Below, piece by piece: positions 34,001 to 49,000 of a stretch of 64,000 bases of DNA. The notes below the pieces were generated by a model. That model was given only the letters and a program-made list of their open reading frames with translations. It ran no database searches and was not told the origin of the DNA. The stretch's first letter is position 1. Each line of letters starts with the position of its first letter. The DNA lies in NCBI RefSeq assembly GCF_000002075.1, contig NW_004798575.1:5359-69358 (forward strand), read 5' to 3'. A program made the translations under genes and the position numbers. The stretch is from Aplysia californica (lineage: Eukaryota).

Positions 34001-37000
34001 CATTCTTGTAGACATTTTGAAGTATTATCATCACAGGGCGTGACAGTTGTCAGAACCAGCACATGAGACTAGCAAGTGTCTTTCTGGAGAGGACGTTCAG
34101 CACTTCCCCCTACCCTCCGACCTGGGCAGAGGACCAGCGGCGGAGGAGCCAGACCAGGGCACTTCTAACAGACCGTTAAGGTTTGTTTGTTTTGAGTGGA
34201 TGTCCGAGAGGGAACTTGGGCTGAGGTTAGGGTGGGAAGTGTGATAGTAAGAGAGTTTTAGAAAGACCGCCCGTCACGGTGGAAATGCAACCGTTCTATT
34301 GTAAATCTGGAAATGTTTCATTTTGTTGTTCATACCGTCCAGAGGTTGTGAACTGGTATTTTTTCCACGAGCACTGTACTTCATGAAAACTTGGTTGTTA
34401 ATTCTGCTCTGTGAGTAAGACTGAAATTCTATTGTTTTTCAGAGTACATCCCGTTTCAAGAGATGTATTCTGGAAGAGCCTCGAGTCATGTAGGACCAGC
34501 CAAGTGAAAAAGTAAGAATTTGCAATTTTGTTAGTCTTCTTTGCTTTTGAAGTGAATAATTTATGTATGTGAAAGGGGAAATAAGTTATGAGGGAGAATG
34601 GAGAAAATTAGACTTGTCGCTGAATTAAAGGAAATGCATATATTTTGAGACCATTTCATGTTCCATTGTCTTTGACAAGTGGTTGTTACGGATGTGTTTA
34701 GTATTTTAGTCAAGCATTGTAGTGGGAATATTTTAATTTCTTTAGCGTATGGAACCTTCCTTCTGATTTTGTATTTTTCGACAAGAATCGTACCCCATGA
34801 AAACCTGGTTCTTAATTCTGAACATGAAAATTGAGCGAGGTGTGGCCAAAGCATGGAAATCAAGCTGCAAAGACTTCCTGTTTTGGGATAGAGCATTAGT
34901 TTTCTCCTTTTGAAAAATTTCTCAGAGTACATCCAGTTTGAAGAGATGCATTGTGGAAGAGCATGGAGTCATGTAGGACCAGCCAACAGAGATGGTGGGA
35001 ATTGCAATGTTTTTTGCCTTCTTTGGCCCGTTTTCAATTGTCTCAGAGTATATCCTTGTTGCGAGTCCTAAGTGGCAGAAACAGCACATAAGGTTATCGA
35101 GCTGCTGCCAATAACTATTGAAGCCAATACAGTGCGGGTACTTAAAATGCAGTTATCTTTTCAACATTTGCGCCACTATGGCGATGACCTGACTGAAACA
35201 GCCCCTAAGCTCAGCAAGCTGCAGTCAGTGAGGAAATAGAATCTGGCATTTACGGTTGGCAGAAACAGCACCTAAGAATAGCAAAGCTGCTGCCTATAAA
35301 ACCGAAATAGATGAAGATTGGCCATGATAATTTCTGATGAAGCCAGTGATCATTTTGAGCCACTATGGCGATGACTGAAACAGCCCCTAAGCTCAGCAAG
35401 CTGCAGTCAGTGAGGAAATAGAATCTGGCATTTACGGTTGGCAGAAACAGCACCTAAGAATAGCAAAGCTGCTGCCTATAAAACCGAAATAGATGAAGAT
35501 TGGCCATGAACATCGATAGATGAAAATTGTCAGTGATCATTTGTGAGAAAAGTACTATGTAAGGAAAAGAAATGTGGCTATCTCTGAGACAATTATAACC
35601 ATCATGGTGAGGACTGATGGTTGTGGTTTTATTGTTGTTGTTTTTTAAAATTTTTGAACATTTCAAATGTTTGTTGGTTTCATTTTCCTTTGTTTTGAAC
35701 TCCTTTACCTGTTTGAGCAGCGTTTTTGAAGTTCGCTGAAATTTTCTCTTTCAGATTTTCTCCGCTTTATGTTCGGAGTTGAAAACGTTCAATTTCCTTT
35801 TTGTGTTGAACTTTTCTCCTTTATCTGTTTGAGCAGCGTTTTTGAAGTTCGCTGAAATTTGCACTTTGAGATTTTCTCCGCTTTATGTTCGGAGTTGAAA
35901 ACGTTGCAGAAGAATTCTTTTGAGTTGTCCGTTTGAAGATTCGAAATTGAATTTCGTTCGTTTGGTTTTCTTCTTGATTGATTTTCCAAACCACAGATAT
36001 TTAAAAAAATAGTCTGTTACTTTTGTGAGTAGGTCGGTGTAGCGTAGGATGGTTGACTGAAACAGCCCCTAAAGTGAACAAGCTGCAGTCAAAAGATTGT
36101 TCCTGGCAGAAACAGCACCTAAAGTTATCTAGCTGCTGCCAGTAAGTTGTGCCACTAGTAAACTATATCAGCTAATATCATTGTGCAAGTACTTAAAATG
36201 CAGTTATCTTTTGGACATTTTGAGCCAGTATGCCGATGACTGAAACAGCACCTAAGCTCAGCAAGCTGCAGTCAATGAGGAAATAAAATATGTGGCATTT
36301 ACGGTTGGCAGATACAGCACCTAAGAATAGCAAAGCTGCTGCCTTTTGAACATGGATAGATGAAGATTGGCCGTGATAATTTCTGATGAAACCAGTGATC
36401 ATTTTGAGCCGCTATGGCGATGACTGAAACAGCCCCTAAGCTCAGCAAGCTGCAGTCAATGAGGAAATAGAATATGGTATTTCGGATCGGCAGAAACAGC
36501 CCCTAAGAATATCAAGCTGCTGCCTGTAGAGCCACAATAGATGATGATTGCCCTTGATAATTTTTGATGAAACCATTGAAGGCAGTACTATGTGAATGAA
36601 ACATGTGCGACATTCTTGTAGACATTTTGAAGTATTATCATCACAGGGCGTGACAGTTGTCAGAACCAGCACCTGAGACTAGCAAGTGTCTTTCTGGAGA
36701 GGACGTTCAGCACTTCCCCCTACCCTCCGGCCTGGGCAGAGGACCAGCGGCGGAGGAGCCAGACCAGGGCACTTCTAACAGACCGTTAAGGTTTGTTTGT
36801 TTTGAGTGGATGTCCGAGAGGGAACTTGGGCTGAGGTTAGGGTGGGAAGTGTGATAGTAAGAGAGTTTTAGAAAGACCGCCCGTCACGGTGGAAATGCAA
36901 CCGTTCTATTGTAAATCTGGAAATGTTTCATTTTGTTGTTCATACCGTCCAGAGGTTGTGAACTGGTATTTTTTCCACGAGCACTGTACTTCATGAAAAC

Positions 37001-40000
37001 TTGGTTGTTAATTCTGCTCTGTGAGTAAGACTGAAATTCTATTGTTTTTCAGAGTACATCCCGTTTCAAGAGATGTATTCTGGAAGAGCCTCGAGTCATG
37101 TAGGACCAGCCAAGTGAAAAAGTAAGAATTTGCAATTTTGTTAGTCTTCTTTGCTTTTGAAGTGAATAATTTATGTATGTGAAAGGGGAAATAAGTTATG
37201 AGGGAGAATGGAGAAAATTAGACTTGTCGCTGAATTAAAGGAAATGCATATATTTTGAGACCATTTCATGTTCCATTGTCTTTGACAAGTGGTTGTTACG
37301 GATGTGTTTAGTATTTTAGTCAAGCATTGTAGTGGGAATATTTTAATTTCTTTAGCGTATGGAACCTTCCTTCTGATTTTGTATTTTTCGACAAGAATCG
37401 TACCCCATGAAAACCTGGTTCTTAATTCTGAACATGAAAATTGAGCGAGGTGTGGCCAAAGCATGGAAATCAAGCTGCAAAGACTTCCTGTTTTGGGATA
37501 GAGCATTAGTTTTCTCCTTTTGAAAAATTTCTCAGAGTACATCCAGTTTGAAGAGATGCATTGTGGAAGAGCATGGAGTCATGTAGGACCAGCCAACAGA
37601 GATGGTGGGAATTGCAATGTTTTTTGCCTTCTTTGGCCCGTTTTCAATTGTCTCAGAGTATATCCTTGTTGCGAGTCCTAAGTGGCAGAAACAGCACATA
37701 AGGTTATCGAGCTGCTGCCAATAACTATTGAAGCCAATACAGTGCGGGTACTTAAAATGCAGTTATCTTTTCAACATTTGCGCCACTATGGCGATGACCT
37801 GACTGAAACAGCCCCTAAGCTCAGCAAGCTGCAGTCAGTGAGGAAATAGAATCTGGCATTTACGGTTGGCAGAAACAGCACCTAAGAATAGCAAAGCTGC
37901 TGCCTATAAAACCGAACTAGATGAAGATTGGCCATGATAATTTCTGATGAAACCAGTGATCATTTTGAGCCACTATGGCGATGACTGAAACAGCCCCTAA
38001 GCTCAGCAAGCTGCAGTCAGTGAGGAAATAGAATCTGGCATTTACGGTTGGCAGAAACAGCACCTAAGAATAGCAAAGCTGCTGCCTATAAAACCGAACT
38101 AGATGAAGATTGGCCATGATAATTTCTGATGAAACCAGTGATCATTTTGAGCCACTATGGCGATGACTGAAACAGCCCCTAAGCTCAGCAAGCTGCAGTC
38201 AGTGAGGAAATAGAATCTGGCATTTACGGTTGGCAGAAACAGCACCTAAGAATAGCAAAGCTGCTGCCTATAAAACCGAAATAGATGAAGATTGGCCATG
38301 ATAATTTCTGATGAAGCCAGTGATCATTTTGAGCCACTATGGCGATGACTGAAACAGCCCCTAAGCTCAGCAAGCTGCAGTCAGTGAGGAAATAGAATCT
38401 GGCATTTACGGTTGGCAGAAACAGCACCTAAGAATAGCAAAGCTGCTGCCTATAAAACCGAAATAGATGAAGATTGGCCATGATAATTTCTGATGAAACC
38501 AGTGATCATTTTGAGCCACTATGGCGATGACTGAAACAGCCCCTAAGCTCAGCAAGCTGCAGTCAGTGAGGAAATAGAATCTGGCATTTACGGTTGGCAG
38601 AAACAGCACCTAAGAATAGCAAAGCTGCTGCCTATAAAACCGAAATAGATGAAGATTGGCCATGATAATTTCTGATGAAGCCAGTGATCATTTTGAGCCA
38701 CTATGGCGATGACTGAAACAGCCCCTAAGCTCAGCAAGCTGCGGTCAGTGAGGAAATAGAATCTGGCATTTACGGTTGGCAGAAACAGCACCTAAGAATA
38801 GCAAAGCTGCTGCCTATAAAACCGAAATAGATGAAGATTGGCCATGAACATCGATAGATGAAAATTGTCAGTGATCATTTGTGAGAAAAGTACTATGTAA
38901 GGAAAAGAAATGTGGCTATCTCTGAGACAATTATAACCATCATGGTGAGGACTGATGGTTGTGGTTTTATTGTTGTTGTTTTTTAAAATTTTTGAACATT
39001 TCAAATGTTTGTTGGTTTCATTTTCCTTTGTTTTGAACTCCTTTACCTGTTTGAGCAGCGTTTTTGAAGTTCGCTGAAATTTTCTCTTTCAGATTTTCTC
39101 CGCTTTATGTTCGGAGTTGAAAACGTTCAATTTCCTTTTTGTGTTGAACTTTTCTCCTTTATCTGTTTGAGCAGCGTTTTTGAAGTTCGCTGAAATTTGC
39201 ACTTTGAGATTTTCTCCGCTTTATGTTCGGAGTTGAAAACGTTGCAGAAGAATTCTTTTGAGTTGTCCGTTTGAAGATTCGAAATTGAATTTCGTTCGTT
39301 TGGTTTTCTTCTTGATTGATTTTCCAAACCACAGATATTTAAAAAAATAGTCTGTTACTTTTGTGAGTAGGTCGGTGTAGCGTAGGATGGTTGACTGAAA
39401 CAGCCCCTAAAGTGAACAAGCTGCAGTCAAAAGATTGTTCCTGGCAGAAACAGCACCTAAAGTTATCTAGCTGCTGCCAGTAAGTTGTGCCACTAGTAAA
39501 CTATATCAGCTAATATCATTGTGCAAGTACTTAAAATGCAGTTATCTTTTGGACATTTTGAGCCAGTATGCCGATGACTGAAACAGCACCTAAGCTCAGC
39601 AAGCTGCAGTCAATGAGGAAATAAAATATGTGGCATTTACGGTTGGCAGATACAGCACCTAAGAATAGCAAAGCTGCTGCCTTTTGAACATGGATAGATG
39701 AAGATTGGCCGTGATAATTTCTGATGAAACCAGTGATCATTTTGAGCCGCTATGGCGATGACTGAAACAGCCCCTAAGCTCAGCAAGCTGCAGTCAGTGA
39801 GGAAATAGAATCTGGCATTTACGGTTGGCAGAAACAGCACCTAAGAATAGCAAAGCTGCTGCCTATAAAACCGAAATAGATGAAGATTGGCCATGAACAT
39901 CGATAGATGAAAATTGTCAGTGATCATTTGTGAGAAAAGTACTATGTAAGGAAAAGAAATGTGGCTATCTCTGAGACAATTATAACCATCATGGTGAGGA

Positions 40001-43000
40001 CTGATGGTTGTGGTTTTATTGTTGTACTTTTTAAAAATTTTTGAACATTTCAAATGTTTGTTGGTTTCATTTTCCTTTGTTTTGAACTCCTTTACCTGTT
40101 TGAGCAGCGTTTTTGAAGTTCGCTGAAATTTTCTCTTTCAGATTTTCTCCGCTTTATGTTCGGAGTTGAAAACGTTCAATTTCCTTTTTGTGTTGAACTT
40201 TTCTCCTTTATCTGTTTGAGCAGCGTTTTTGAAGTTCGCTGAAATTTGCACTTTGAGATTTTCTCCGCTTTATGTTCGGAGTTGAAAACGTTGCAGAAGA
40301 ATTCTTTTGAGTTGTCCGTTTGAAGATTCGAAATTGAATTTCGTTCGTTTGGTTTTCTTCTTGATTGATTTTCCAAACCACAGATATTTAAAAAAATAGT
40401 CTGTTACTTTTGTGAGTAGGTCGGTGTAGCGTAGGATGGTTGACTGAAACAGCCTCTAAAGTGAACAAGCTGCAGTCAAAAGATTGTTCCTGGCAGAAAC
40501 AGCACCTAAAGTTATCTAGCTGCTGCCAGTAAGTTGTGCCACTAGTAAACTATATCAGCTAATATCATTGTGCAAGTACTTAAAATGCAGTTATCTTTTG
40601 GACATTTTGAGCCAGTATGCCGATGACTGAAACAGCACCTAAGCTCAGCAAGCTGCAGTCAATGAGGAAATAAAATATGTGGCATTTACGGTTGGCAGAT
40701 ACAGCACCTAAGAATAGCAAAGCTGCTGCCTTTTGAACATGGATAGATGAAGATTGGCCGTGATAATTTCTGATGAAACCAGTGATCATTTTGAGCCGCT
40801 ATGGCGATGACTGAAACAGCCCCTAAGCTCAGCAAGCTGCAGTCAGTGAGGAAATAGAATCTGGCATTTACGGTTGGCAGAAACAGCACCTAAGAATAGC
40901 AAAGCTGCTGCCTATAAAACCGAACTAGATGAAGATTGGCCATGATAATTTCTGATGAAACCAGTGATCATTTTGAGCCACTATGGCGATGACTGAAACA
41001 GCCCCTAAGCTCAGCAAGCTGCGGTCAGTGAGGAAATAGAATCTGGCATTTACGGTTGGCAGAAACAGCACCTAAGAATAGCAAAGCTGCTGCCTATAAA
41101 ACCGAAATAGATGAAGATTGGCCATGAACATCGATAGATGAAAATTGTCAGTGATCATTTGTGAGAAAAGTACTATGTAAGGAAAAGAAATGTGGCTATC
41201 TCTGAGACAATTATAACCATCATGGTGAGGACTGATGGTTGTGGTTTTATTGTTGTTGTTTTTTAAAATTTTTGAACATTTCAAATGTTTGTTGGTTTCA
41301 TTTTCCTTTGTTTTGAACTCCTTTACCTGTTTGAGCAGCGTTTTTGAAGTTCGCTGAAATTTTCTCTTTCAGATTTTCTCCGCTTTATGTTCGGAGTTGA
41401 AAACGTTCAATTTCCTTTTTGTGTTGAACTTTTCTCCTTTATCTGTTTGAGCAGCGTTTTTGAAGTTCGCTGAAATTTGCACTTTGAGATTTTCTCCGCT
41501 TTATGTTCGGAGTTGAAAACGTTGCAGAAGAATTCTTTTGAGTTGTCCGTTTGAAGATTCGAAATTGAATTTCGTTCGTTTGGTTTTCTTCTTGATTGAT
41601 TTTCCAAACCACAGATATTTAAAAAAATAGTCTGTTACTTTTGTGAGTAGGTCGGTGTAGCGTAGGATGGTTGACTGAAACAGCCCCTAAAGTGAACAAG
41701 CTGCAGTCAAAAGATTGTTCCTGGCAGAAACAGCACCTAAAGTTATCTAGCTGCTGCCAGTAAGTTGTGCCACTAGTAAACTATATCAGCTAATATCATT
41801 GTGCAAGTACTTAAAATGCAGTTATCTTTTGGACATTTTGAGCCAGTATGCCGATGACTGAAACAGCACCTAAGCTCAGCAAGCTGCAGTCAATGAGGAA
41901 ATAAAATATGTGGCATTTACGGTTGGCAGATACAGCACCTAAGAATAGCAAAGCTGCTGCCTTTTGAACATGGATAGATGAAGATTGGCCGTGATAATTT
42001 CTGATGAAACCAGTGATCATTTTGAGCCGCTATGGCGATGACTGAAACAGCCCCTAAGCTCAGCAAGCTGCAGTCAGTGAGGAAATAGAATCTGGCATTT
42101 ACGGTTGGCAGAAACAGCACCTAAGAATAGCAAAGCTGCTGCCTATAAAACCGAAATAGATGAAGATTGGCCATGAACATCGATAGATGAAAATTGTCAG
42201 TGATCATTTGTGAGAAAAGTACTATGTAAGGAAAAGAAATGTGGCTATCTCTGAGACAATTATAACCATCATGGTGAGGACTGATGGTTGTGGTTTTATT
42301 GTTGTTGTTTTTAAAAATTTTTGAACATTTCAAATGTTTGTTGGTTTCATTTTCCTTTGTTTTGAACTCCTTTACCTGTTTGAGCAGCGTTTTTGAAGTT
42401 CGCTGAAATTTTCTCTTTCAGATTTTCTCCGCTTTATGTTCGGAGTTGAAAACGTTCAATTTCCTTTTTGTGTTGAACTTTTCTCCTTTATCTGTTTGAG
42501 CAGCGTTTTTGAAGTTCGCTGAAATTTGCACTTTGAGATTTTCTCCGCTTTATGTTCGGAGTTGAAAACGTTGCAGAAGAATTCTTTTGAGTTGTCCGTT
42601 TGAAGATTCGAAATTGAATTTCGTTCGTTTGGTTTTCTTCTTGATTGATTTTCCAAACCACAGATATTTAAAAAAATAGTCTGTTACTTTTGTGAGTAGG
42701 TCGGTGTAGCGTAGGATGGTTGACTGAAACAGCCCCTAAAGTGAACAAGCTGCAGTCAAAAGATTGTTCCTGGCAGAAACAGCACCTAAAGTTATCTAGC
42801 TGCTGCCAGTAAGTTGTGCCACTAGTAAACTATATCAGCTAATATCATTGTGCAAGTACTTAAAATGCAGTTATCTTTTGGACATTTTGAGCCAGTATGC
42901 CGATGACTGAAACAGCACCTAAGCTCAGCAAGCTGCAGTCAATGAGGAAATAAAATATGTGGCATTTACGGTTGGCAGATACAGCACCTAAGAATAGCAA

Positions 43001-46000
43001 AGCTGCTGCCTTTTGAACATGGATAGATGAAGATTGGCCGTGATAATTTCTGATGAAACCAGTGATCATTTTGAGCCGCTATGGCGATGACTGAAACAGC
43101 CCCTAAGCTCAGCAAGCTGCAGTCAGTGAGGAAATAGAATCTGGCATTTACGGTTGGCAGAAACAGCACCTAAGAATAGCAAAGCTGCTGCCTATAAAAC
43201 CGAAATAGATGAAGATTGGCCATGATAATTTCTGATGAAGCCAGTGATCATTTTGAGCCACTATGGCGATGACTGAAACAGCCCCTAAGCTCAGCAAGCT
43301 GCAGTCAATGAGGAAATAGAATATGGTATTTCGGATCGGCAGAAACAGCCCCTAAGAATATCAAGCTGCTGCCTGTAGAGCCACAATAGATGATGATTGC
43401 CCTTGATAATTTTTGATGAAACCATTGAAGGCAGTACTATGTGAATGAAACATGTGCGACATTCTTGTAGACATTTTGAAGTATTATCATCACAGGGCGT
43501 GACAGTTGTCAGAACCAGCACCTGAGACTAGCAAGTGTCTTTCTGGAGAGGACGTTCAGCACTTCCCCCTACCCTCCGGCCTGGGCAGAGGACCAGCGGC
43601 GGAGGAGCCAGACCAGGGCACTTCTAACAGACCGTTAAGGTTTGTTTGTTTTGAGTGGATGTCCGAGAGGGAACTTGGGCTGAGGTTAGGGTGGGAAGTG
43701 TGATAGTAAGAGAGTTTTAGAAAGACCGCCCGTCACGGTGGAAATGCAACCGTTCTATTGTAAATCTGGAAATGTTTCATTTTGTTGTTCATACCGTCCA
43801 GAGGTTGTGAACTGGTATTTTTTCCACGAGCACTGTACTTCATGAAAACTTGGTTGTTAATTCTGCTCTGTGAGTAAGACTGAAATTCTATTGTTTTTCA
43901 GAGTACATCCCGTTTCAAGAGATGTATTCTGGAAGAGCCTCGAGTCATGTAGGACCAGCCAAGTGAAAAAGTAAGAATTTGCAATTTTGTTAGTCTTCTT
44001 TGCTTTTGAAGTGAATAATTTATGTATGTGAAAGGGGAAATAAGTTATGAGGGAGAATGGAGAAAATTAGACTTGTCGCTGAATTAAAGGAAATGCATAT
44101 ATTTTGAGACCATTTCATGTTCCATTGTCTTTGACAAGTGGTTGTTACGGATGTGTTTAGTATTTTAGTCAAGCATTGTAGTGGGAATATTTTAATTTCT
44201 TTAGCGTATGGAACCTTCCTTCTGATTTTGTATTTTTCGACAAGAATCGTACCCCATGAAAACCTGGTTCTTAATTCTGAACATGAAAATTGAGCGAGGT
44301 GTGGCCAAAGCATGGAAATCAAGCTGCAAAGACTTCCTGTTTTGGGATAGAGCATTAGTTTTCTCCTTTTGAAAAATTTCTCAGAGTACATCCAGTTTGA
44401 AGAGATGCATTGTGGAAGAGCATGGAGTCATGTAGGACCAGCCAACAGAGATGGTGGGAATTGCAATGTTTTTTGCCTTCTTTGGCCCGTTTTCAATTGT
44501 CTCAGAGTATATCCTTGTTGCGAGTCCTAAGTGGCAGAAACAGCACATAAGGTTATCGAGCTGCTGCCAATAACTATTGAAGCCAATACAGTGCGGGTAC
44601 TTAAAATGCAGTTATCTTTTCAACATTTGCGCCACTATGGCGATGACCTGACTGAAACAGCCCCTAAGCTCAGCAAGCTGCAGTCAGTGAGGAAATAGAA
44701 TCTGGCATTTACGGTTGGCAGAAACAGCACCTAAGAATAGCAAAGCTGCTGCCTATAAAACCGAAATAGATGAAGATTGGCCATGAACATCGATAGATGA
44801 AAATTGTCAGTGATCATTTGTGAGAAAAGTACTATGTAAGGAAAAGAAATGTGGCTATCTCTGAGACAATTATAACCATCATGGTGAGGACTGATGGTTG
44901 TGGTTTTATTGTTGTTGTTTTTTAAAATTTTGGAACATTTCAAATGTTTGTTGGTTTCATTTTCCTTTGTTTTGAACTCCTTTACCTGTTTGAGCAGCGT
45001 TTTTGAAGTTCGCTGAAATTTTCTCTTTCAGATTTTCTCCGCTTTATGTTCGGAGTTGAAAACGTTCAATTTCCTTTTTGTGTTGAACTTTTCTCCTTTA
45101 TCTGTTTGAGCAGCGTTTTTGAAGTTCGCTGAAATTTGCACTTTGAGATTTTCTCCGCTTTATGTTCGGAGTTGAAAACGTTGCAGAAGAATTCTTTTGA
45201 GTTGTCCGTTTGAAGATTCGAAATTGAATTTCGTTCGTTTGGTTTTCTTCTTGATTGATTTTCCAAACCACAGATATTTAAAAAAATAGTCTGTTACTTT
45301 TGTGAGTAGGTCGGTGTAGCGTAGGATGGTTGACTGAAACAGCCCCTAAAGTGAACAAGCTGCAGTCAAAAGATTGTTCCTGGCAGAAACAGCACCTAAA
45401 GTTATCTAGCTGCTGCCAGTAAGTTGTGCCACTAGTAAACTATATCAGCTAATATCATTGTGCAAGTACTTAAAATGCAGTTATCTTTTGGACATTTTGA
45501 GCCAGTATGCCGATGACTGAAACAGCACCTAAGCTCAGCAAGCTGCAGTCAATGAGGAAATAAAATATGTGGCATTTACGGTTGGCAGATACAGCACCTA
45601 AGAATAGCAAAGCTGCTGCCTTTTGAACATGGATAGATGAAGATTGGCCGTGATAATTTCTGATGAAACCAGTGATCATTTTGAGCCGCTATGGCGATGA
45701 CTGAAACAGCCCCTAAGCTCAGCAAGCTGCAGTCAATGAGGAAATAGAATATGGTATTTCGGATCGGCAGAAACAGCCCCTAAGAATATCAAGCTGCTGC
45801 CTGTAGAGCCACAATAGATGATGATTGCCCTTGATAATTTTTGATGAAACCATTGAAGGCAGTACTATGTGAATGAAACATGTGCGACATTCTTGTAGAC
45901 ATTTTGAAGTATTATCATCACAGGGCGTGACAGTTGTCAGAACCAGCACCTGAGACTAGCAAGTGTCTTTCTGGAGAGGACGTTCAGCACTTCCCCCTAC

Positions 46001-49000
46001 CCTCCGGCCTGGGCAGAGGACCAGCGGCGGAGGAGCCAGACCAGGGCACTTCTAACAGACCGTTAAGGTTTGTTTGTTTTGAGTGGATGTCCGAGAGGGA
46101 ACTTGGGCTGAGGTTAGGGTGGGAAGTGTGATAGTAAGAGAGTTTTAGAAAGACCGCCCGTCACGGTGGAAATGCAACCGTTCTATTGTAAATCTGGAAA
46201 TGTTTCATTTTGTTGTTCATACCGTCCAGAGGTTGTGAACTGGTATTTTTTCCACGAGCACTGTACTTCATGAAAACTTGGTTGTTAATTCTGCTCTGTG
46301 AGTAAGACTGAAATTCTATTGTTTTTCAGAGTACATCCCGTTTCAAGAGATGTATTCTGGAAGAGCCTCGAGTCATGTAGGACCAGCCAAGTGAAAAAGT
46401 AAGAATTTGCAATTTTGTTAGTCTTCTTTGCTTTTGAAGTGAATAATTTATGTATGTGAAAGGGGAAATAAGTTATGAGGGAGAATGGAGAAAATTAGAC
46501 TTGTCGCTGAATTAAAGGAAATGCATATATTTTGAGACCATTTCATGTTCCATTGTCTTTGACAAGTGGTTGTTACGGATGTGTTTAGTATTTTAGTCAA
46601 GCATTGTAGTGGGAATATTTTAATTTCTTTAGCGTATGGAACCTTCCTTCTGATTTTGTATTTTTCGACAAGAATCGTACCCCATGAAAACCTGGTTCTT
46701 AATTCTGAACATGAAAATTGAGCGAGGTGTGGCCAAAGCATGGAAATCAAGCTGCAAAGACTTCCTGTTTTGGGATAGAGCATTAGTTTTCTCCTTTTGA
46801 AAAATTTCTCAGAGTACATCCAGTTTGAAGAGATGCATTGTGGAAGAGCATGGAGTCATGTAGGACCAGCCAACAGAGATGGTGGGAATTGCAATGTTTT
46901 TTGCCTTCTTTGGCCCGTTTTCAATTGTCTCAGAGTATATCCTTGTTGCGAGTCCTAAGTGGCAGAAACAGCACATAAGGTTATCGAGCTGCTGCCAATA
47001 ACTATTGAAGCCAATACAGTGCGGGTACTTAAAATGCAGTTATCTTTTCAACATTTGCGCCACTATGGCGATGACCTGACTGAAACAGCCCCTAAGCTCA
47101 GCAAGCTGCAGTCAGTGAGGAAATAGAATCTGGCATTTACGGTTGGCAGAAACAGCACCTAAGAATAGCAAAGCTGCTGCCTATAAAACCGAACTAGATG
47201 AAGATTGGCCATGATAATTTCTGATGAAACCAGTGATCATTTTGAGCCACTATGGCGATGACTGAAACAGCCCCTAAGCTCAGCAAGCTGCAGTCAGTGA
47301 GGAAATAGAATCTGGCATTTACGGTTGGCAGAAACAGCACCTAAGAATAGCAAAGCTGCTGCCTATAAAACCGAAATAGATGAAGATTGGCCATGAACAT
47401 CGATAGATGAAAATTGTCAGTGATCATTTGTGAGAAAAGTACTATGTAAGGAAAAGAAATGTGGCTATCTCTGAGACAATTATAACCATCATGGTGAGGA
47501 CTGATGGTTGTGGTTTTATTGTTGTTGTTTTTAAAAATTTTTGAACATTTCAAATGTTTGTTGGTTTCATTTTCCTTTGTTTTGAACTCCTTTACCTGTT
47601 TGAGCAGCGTTTTTGAAGTTCGCTGAAATTTTCTCTTTCAGATTTTCTCCGCTTTATGTTCGGAGTTGAAAACGTTCAATTTCCTTTTTGTGTTGAACTT
47701 TTCTCCTTTATCTGTTTGAGCAGCGTTTTTGAAGTTCGCTGAAATTTGCACTTTGAGATTTTCTCCGCTTTATGTTCGGAGTTGAAAACGTTGCAGAAGA
47801 ATTCTTTTGAGTTGTCCGTTTGAAGATTCGAAATTGAATTTCGTTCGTTTGGTTTTCTTCTTGATTGATTTTCCAAACCACAGATATTTAAAAAAATAGT
47901 CTGTTACTTTTGTGAGTAGGTCGGTGTAGCGTAGGATGGTTGACTGAAACAGCCCCTAAAGTGAACAAGCTGCAGTCAAAAGATTGTTCCTGGCAGAAAC
48001 AGCACCTAAAGTTATCTAGCTGCTGCCAGTAAGTTGTGCCACTAGTAAACTATATCAGCTAATATCATTGTGCAAGTACTTAAAATGCAGTTATCTTTTG
48101 GACATTTTGAGCCAGTATGCCGATGACTGAAACAGCACCTAAGCTCAGCAAGCTGCAGTCAATGAGGAAATAAAATATGTGGCATTTACGGTTGGCAGAT
48201 ACAGCACCTAAGAATAGCAAAGCTGCTGCCTTTTGAACATGGATAGATGAAGATTGGCCGTGATAATTTCTGATGAAACCAGTGATCATTTTGAGCCGCT
48301 ATGGCGATGACTGAAACAGCCCCTAAGCTCAGCAAGCTGCAGTCAGTGAGGAAATAGAATCTGGCATTTACGGTTGGCAGAAACAGCACCTAAGAATAGC
48401 AAAGCTGCTGCCTATAAAACCGAAATAGATGAAGATTGGCCATGAACATCGATAGATGAAAATTGTCAGTGATCATTTGTGAGAAAAGTACTATGTAAGG
48501 AAAAGAAATGTGGCTATCTCTGAGACAATTATAACCATCATGGTGAGGACTGATGGTTGTGGTTTTATTGTTGTTGTTTTTTAAAATTTTTGAACATTTC
48601 AAATGTTTGTTGGTTTCATTTTCCTTTGTTTTGAACTCCTTTACCTGTTTGAGCAGCGTTTTTGAAGTTCGCTGAAATTTTCTCTTTCAGATTTTCTCCG
48701 CTTTATGTTCGGAGTTGAAAACGTTCAATTTCCTTTTTGTGTTGAACTTTTCTCCTTTATCTGTTTGAGCAGCGTTTTTGAAGTTCGCTGAAATTTGCAC
48801 TTTGAGATTTTCTCCGCTTTATGTTCGGAGTTGAAAACGTTGCAGAAGAATTCTTTTGAGTTGTCCGTTTGAAGATTCGAAATTGAATTTCGTTCGTTTG
48901 GTTTTCTTCTTGATTGATTTTCCAAACCACAGATATTTAAAAAAATAGTCTGTTACTTTTGTGAGTAGGTCGGTGTAGCGTAGGATGGTTGACTGAAACA

